Below, piece by piece: positions 59,700 to 64,000 of a stretch of DNA of 64,000 bases. The position numbers were made by a program, and so were the translations under genes. Source of the DNA: an uncultured Chloroflexia bacterium. Its GTDB lineage: Bacteria > Chloroflexota > Limnocylindria > Limnocylindrales > CSP1-4. Where the stretch lies: the NCBI GenBank assembly GCA_963707215.1, contig CAVPPB010000003.1:1280001-1344000 (forward strand), written 5' to 3'. The notes under the pieces were generated by a model, which saw only the letters and a list, made by a program, of their open reading frames with translations, made no database searches and was not told where the DNA came from. Each line of letters begins with the position of its first letter. The first letter of the stretch is position 1.

Positions 59700-60832
59700 T
59701 ACGGCTCCGGCGTGGCCGTGGAGGCCGCGAGGCGCTCGCGGTACTGGCGATCGACGTAGTCGGCCCAGTCCTCGCCACGAGCCCGACGCCACCAGACCTC
59801 GTTGGCCCCGTACCAGTCGACGGTGGCATCGAGGCCCTCCTCGAAGGCGAGGCTCGGGGCCCAGCCGAGGGCTCGGAGCTTCGAGCCGTCCATGGCGTAG
59901 CGCCGATCGTGGCCAGGTCGATCGGGCACCGACCGGACCAGCGACCACGGCTTGCCCAGCCGGGCGAGGAGGCGGGCGACGACCTCGCGGTTGGTGCGCT
60001 CCGTCGCACCGGGCACGTTGTAGGCCTCGCCTGCCGTTCCGTACCGGAGCACGTGCTCGACCGCGGCGGCATGGTCCTCGACGTGGAGCCAGTCGCGGAT
60101 CTGGCGGCCGTCCCCATACATCGGGAGAGACCGGTCCTCGAGGGCCTCGGTGATGAAGAGGGGGATGAGCTTCTCGGGATGCTGATATGGCCCGTAGGTG
60201 TTGGAGCCGCGGGTCACAACGACGTCGAGCCCATAGGTCACCTGATAGCTTCGGGCCAGCAGCTCGCCGGCCGCCTTGGCGGCCGCATAGGGCGACCTCG
60301 GCGCCATGGGGTCGCCCTCTACGGATCGGCCCTCTTCGACCGAACCGTAGACCTCGTCGGTGGAGACCTGGAGCAGCCGTGGGGACCCGAGCACCCGACC
60401 GGTCGCGTCGACCCGCTCGCCGTCGCGGGCTCGGTCGGTCTCGCGGCGAACGGCCTCGAGGAGTACGTGGACCCCGATGACGCCGGTCCGCAGGAAGGCC
60501 TCCGGGTCCAGGATCGAGCGGTCGACGTGCGATTCAGCCGCGAAGTTGACCACCGCGTCCGCTGCCGCGACCAGCGGCCCGACCACGTCGGGATCGGCGA
60601 TGTCGCCGCGGACGAAGGTCAGCCGGGCCGCCTGCTCCGGCTCGCCATGGACCAGGTCGAGGTTGGCGAGGTTGCCCGCGTAGGTCAGCTTGTCCAGGAC
60701 GGTGATCCGCGTTCCATCACCTCGAGCCAGGATGCGCCGGACGAAGCACGAGCCGATGAAGCCGGCGCCCCCGGTGACCAGGAGGTGGCTGGGGCCGGCC
60801 CCAGCCGCCGACGGGTCGGGCTGCTGGGTCAC
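59699..60832 (-). CDS. rmlB: dTDP-glucose 4,6-dehydratase
   Basis: TGGAGFIGS, DKLTYAG, AAESHVDRS, STDEVYG and DRPGHDRRYA motifs. Confidence 0.95.
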   Translation of the reverse strand: MTQQPDPSAAGAGPSHLLVTGGAGFIGSCFVRRILARGDGTRITVLDKLTYAGNLANLDLVHGEPEQAARLTFVRGDIADPDVVGPLVAAADAVVNFAAESHVDRSILDPEAFLRTGVIGVHVLLEAVRRETDRARDGERVDATGRVLGSPRLLQVSTDEVYGSVEEGRSVEGDPMAPRSPYAAAKAAGELLARSYQVTYGLDVVVTRGSNTYGPYQHPEKLIPLFITEALEDRSLPMYGDGRQIRDWLHVEDHAAAVEHVLRYGTAGEAYNVPGATERTNREVVARLLARLGKPWSLVRSVPDRPGHDRRYAMDGSKLRALGWAPSLAFEEGLDATVDWYGANEVWWRRARGEDWADYVDRQYRERLAASTATPEP

Positions 60833-61647
60833 TGGGGGCCGTCCCCGGATCCGGGAGGGGCCCACTCCGAACCCGTCTCCTCGGCCCGCTCGCCGGGCCG
60901 GCCGGGTGGCGGGGCCAGCCGGCCGGCCTCGTCGTCGACGGCGGCCAGCTCGGCTGACCGCAGGAGCGAGGGGACGGTGCCCGCATCGGCCCAGGCACCC
61001 TCATAGACGCGAGCGAAGAGCCCGCCGCCGGGCACGTAGTGGTTGAGCAGGTCCGTGATCTCGAGCTCGCCGCGTCCAGACGGGACCAGGTGCTCGATGA
61101 CGTCGAAGGCGTCCGGGCGGAGGAAGTAGACACCGATCGGGATGAGATCGCTCTTCGGCCGCTCGGGCTTCTCCTCGAAGCCGAGGATCGTGCCGTCCGG
61201 GGCGAGGTCGGCGACCCCGAAGCGCTCCGGATCGGACACCCGGTAGAGGAGGGTCCCGGCACCCCAGGGGCCAGCCTCGAACTCGCGGGCCACATCGACG
61301 AGATCGGGGCCCCGGAGGATGTTGTCCCCGAGGACCACGCAGAAGGCCTGGTCGCCGACGAAGTCGCGGGCGAGGCCGATGGCATGGGCGATACCCAGCG
61401 CGCCGCGCTGGTACCGATAGGTCAGGTCGAGACCGAAGTGCCGACCGTCGCCGAGGAGCTCCACGATGTCGCCGACGCTCTTGCCGCCCACCACCACGAG
61501 CACCTCGCGGATCCCCATCCCGGCCAGGGTCTGGAGCGGGTGATAGATCATCGGCCGGTCATAGATCGGCAGGAGGTGCTTGTTGGTCACGATCGTCAGG
61601 GGGAACAGCCGGGTCGCAGTCCCCCCGGCGAGTACGAGGCCACGCAT
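60829..61647 (-). CDS. rmlA: Glucose-1-phosphate thymidylyltransferase (short form)
   Basis: LAGGTATRLFPLT, NKHLLPIYDRPMI, EKP, RGELEITD and WADAGT motifs. Confidence 0.92.
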   Translation of the reverse strand: MRGLVLAGGTATRLFPLTIVTNKHLLPIYDRPMIYHPLQTLAGMGIREVLVVVGGKSVGDIVELLGDGRHFGLDLTYRYQRGALGIAHAIGLARDFVGDQAFCVVLGDNILRGPDLVDVAREFEAGPWGAGTLLYRVSDPERFGVADLAPDGTILGFEEKPERPKSDLIPIGVYFLRPDAFDVIEHLVPSGRGELEITDLLNHYVPGGGLFARVYEGAWADAGTVPSLLRSAELAAVDDEAGRLAPPPGRPGERAEETGSEWAPPGSGDGPQ

Positions 61648-61685
61648 GGACCGGAGAGTAGCAGGCAGACCCCGGCCAGCGGCGC

Positions 61686-62639
61686 TCAGGGCACCGGGAC
61701 GATCGGGTCCGAGCTCGGTGACGGCTCCTGGCCGTCGGTGGGGCTCGCGTCGGGACCGGGCGTGGCACCGGGCAGATCCTCGGGCAGCGGCAGCGTCCCG
61801 TCGTAGTCGGTGATGACGAGGACGTAGACGAGCCGGTCTGGATCGATGACCGGCTCGAGGTAGACGGTCTGGACCACCGCGTTGGCGTCCTGCTTCACGT
61901 CGACGACCTGGCCGAGGAGCAGGCCCCGGGGATAGGGTGACCTGACCCCTCCGGCGAGCTCGATCCCGGCGGTGAGGACCTCCTCGCCCACCAGCACGTC
62001 GACCGTCGCATCGACGTTGCGCATGACGAGGACGCCGCCGAGCTGACCGACCACCTCGCCGGTGGCCCCGGAGGACGGAAGCTCGCCGACGACCGTGGAG
62101 CCACCGTCGTTGATGAGCTGGACCGTCGCGAAGTTGGGGCCGATCGCGATGATGCGACCGGCCAGGGCGCCGCCTGCGGCGATGACGACGTCCCCGAGGG
62201 CCAGGTCGTCGTCCGTCCCGCGGTCGAGCGTGGCGACCCGCCGGAACTCAGAGGACTCGCGGGCGACGATCCGGGCGGCGACCGTCTCGTGCTCGAGGCC
62301 GGAGCGGAGCTGGAGAAGAGCCGTCAGCTCGTCGTTCTCGCGCTGGGTGGCCTCGAGCCGGGTGTTGAGCGACCGCAGCCGGTCGTTCTCGGAACGGAGG
62401 GTCTCGTTGTCCTGGCGGAGCCGGTCGATCTCGGTGATGGCCTCGACGGCCGATGCGGCCTGGGCGGCGATCCCGTCGACAGCCGACTGGACGGGCCGGA
62501 AGGCAAAGCCGACGCCGCGCTGCAGCTCGACGACGAGCCAGTTCGACGAGAGCGCCATCAGGCCGAGCGTCGTCGCCAGGAGGACCAGGAAGACGGTGGC
62601 GCGGCGGCGGGTCGAGCGGGAGGAAAGGAGAGCGCTCAT
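61686..62639 (-). CDS. mreC: Rod shape-determining protein MreC
   Basis: TM, coiled coil, LDRG, LAGRI and YPRGLLLG; directly downstream of mreB. Confidence 0.9.
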   Translation of the reverse strand: MSALLSSRSTRRRATVFLVLLATTLGLMALSSNWLVVELQRGVGFAFRPVQSAVDGIAAQAASAVEAITEIDRLRQDNETLRSENDRLRSLNTRLEATQRENDELTALLQLRSGLEHETVAARIVARESSEFRRVATLDRGTDDDLALGDVVIAAGGALAGRIIAIGPNFATVQLINDGGSTVVGELPSSGATGEVVGQLGGVLVMRNVDATVDVLVGEEVLTAGIELAGGVRSPYPRGLLLGQVVDVKQDANAVVQTVYLEPVIDPDRLVYVLVITDYDGTLPLPEDLPGATPGPDASPTDGQEPSPSSDPIVPVP

Positions 62640-62676
62640 CGGCGTGACGACGTCCGACCCATGGGACCCGTGACGC

Positions 62677-63738
62677 CTATCGCGGTGGCCGCGAGTACGT
62701 CTCGGCGACCAGGACCCGGGCCATGTTCGGATTGCGCGACATCTCCTGGAGGACCAGGCCGGTGCCACGGGCGACGCAGGTCAGCGGATCGTCGGCGACG
62801 TGGACCGGCATCTGGGTAGCCTCGGCGGTCCGTCGGTCAAGGCCGGCGAGCAGCGCCCCGCCGCCGGCCAGGACGATGCCCTGGTCCATGATGTCCGCCA
62901 CCAGCTCGGGCGGGGTCTCCTCGATGGTGTCCTTGATCGTGTCCACGATCTGAACGACCGATGGCTCGATCGCCTCGCGGATCTGGTCCGCCCCCACCTC
63001 GACCGAGCGAGGAAGGCCGGTCAGCAGGTCGCGGCCCCGCAGGGTGACCCGCTGGCTGTCCCACTCGCCGGGATAGGCCGACCCGATGGCGATCTTGATG
63101 TCCTCGGCGGTCCGCTCGCCGAGGAACAGGTTGTACTCACGGCGGGCGAAGCCGACGATGTCCTGGTCCATCTCGTCGCCGCCGATGCGGATCGAGCGGC
63201 TGACGACGATGCCGCCGAGGCTCAGGACGGCGACCTCGGTCGTCCCGCCGCCGATGTCCACGATGAGCGACCCTGACGGCTCGCTGACCGGCAGGCCGGC
63301 GCCGATCGCTGCCGCCATCGGCTCCTCGATGAGCCGGGCCCAGCGGGCGCCCGCGTTGAGGGCCGCGTCCCGGACGGCGCGCTTCTCGACCTCGGTGACG
63401 CCGGACGGGATGCCCAGCAGCATCCGGGGTCGTGGGATCAGGCCGATCCGGTCATGGACCCGCTGCACGAAGTACTTGATCATCTGCTCGGTCACATCGA
63501 AATCCGAGATGACCCCATCGCGGAGCGGTCGGACGGCGATGATCGAGGCGGGGGTCCGACCGACCATCCGCTTGGCCTCGGCGCCGATGGCCAGGACCTT
63601 CTTCGACTTGGCCTCGATGGCGACGACGCTGGGCTCGCTGATCACGATGCCGCGGTCGCGAACGTGGACGAGCGTGTTGGCCGTGCCGAGGTCGATCCCG
63701 ATGTCACGGGAGAAGAGGCCGAGGAAGGCGTCGAGCAT
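62677..63738 (-). CDS. mreB: Actin-like rod shape-determining protein MreB
   Basis: GIDLGTANT, EPSVVA, RPLRDGVI, EEPMAAAIG and DIGGGTTE motifs. Confidence 0.97.
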   Translation of the reverse strand: MLDAFLGLFSRDIGIDLGTANTLVHVRDRGIVISEPSVVAIEAKSKKVLAIGAEAKRMVGRTPASIIAVRPLRDGVISDFDVTEQMIKYFVQRVHDRIGLIPRPRMLLGIPSGVTEVEKRAVRDAALNAGARWARLIEEPMAAAIGAGLPVSEPSGSLIVDIGGGTTEVAVLSLGGIVVSRSIRIGGDEMDQDIVGFARREYNLFLGERTAEDIKIAIGSAYPGEWDSQRVTLRGRDLLTGLPRSVEVGADQIREAIEPSVVQIVDTIKDTIEETPPELVADIMDQGIVLAGGGALLAGLDRRTAEATQMPVHVADDPLTCVARGTGLVLQEMSRNPNMARVLVAETYSRPPR

Positions 63739-64000
63739 GGGGCGGGATGGTCCTTCGTGATCGAGGCGTCCCGCGGACGGCGACGGGGGTCGCGCGGATC
63801 GCTCGGGGGAAGCGTCGGGAGAGCCCGCAGAGTATAGCCGCTACCTGCCCGATCCCCGTCGGCGGCCGCACGGGATCGGCGTCGCTCGTGCGGTCCGGAC
63901 CCGGTCGGCCGGGAGCCGCAGGCCACTATGATGGTCCGACACGCGTCGGCCGCGGTCGTCCGGCTGCTTCGGCCCCACCGACGTCCGGACGGTCCCTGCC

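Overview
Very GC-rich bacterial chromosomal segment with monoderm-type gene content (Chloroflexota- or Actinomycetota-like; taxonomy is only an inference). 1-19 kb holds housekeeping and metabolic genes: a tandem AI-2E transporter, MFS transporter, glnA behind a PucR/CdaR regulator with two palindromic boxes, ResB, GGDEF cyclase, LLM and F420-type oxidoreductases, a yybP-ykoY Mn riboswitch before a TMEM165/GDT1 exporter, a GcvT-family oxidoreductase and a Tm-1-like/PEP-hydrolase pair. At 19.0-25.6 kb an intact tRNA-Pro(TGG) is accompanied by two decayed copies of only its 5' half. Their shared flanks suggest two integrase-less cargo cassettes stacked at the tRNA 5' side; this is the most unusual feature in the window. 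25.6-33 kb carries a CoA transferase, an LCP protein, rdgB, rph, mazG and a PPIase. 33-64 kb is a large cell-envelope locus: six glycosyltransferases, a Wzm/Wzt exporter, a WbpA/B/E/D/I-like diacetamido-uronic-acid pathway, a polyprenol-P-mannose synthase, two secreted proteins each ending in three near-identical CWB2 repeats (a GH18 and a probable His-Cys clan-CD peptidase), rmlABDC and mreBC. Four apparent single-base frameshifts are most likely assembly errors. No CRISPR, rRNA, transposase or integrase was seen. All product calls are from motif recognition by eye, not database searches.
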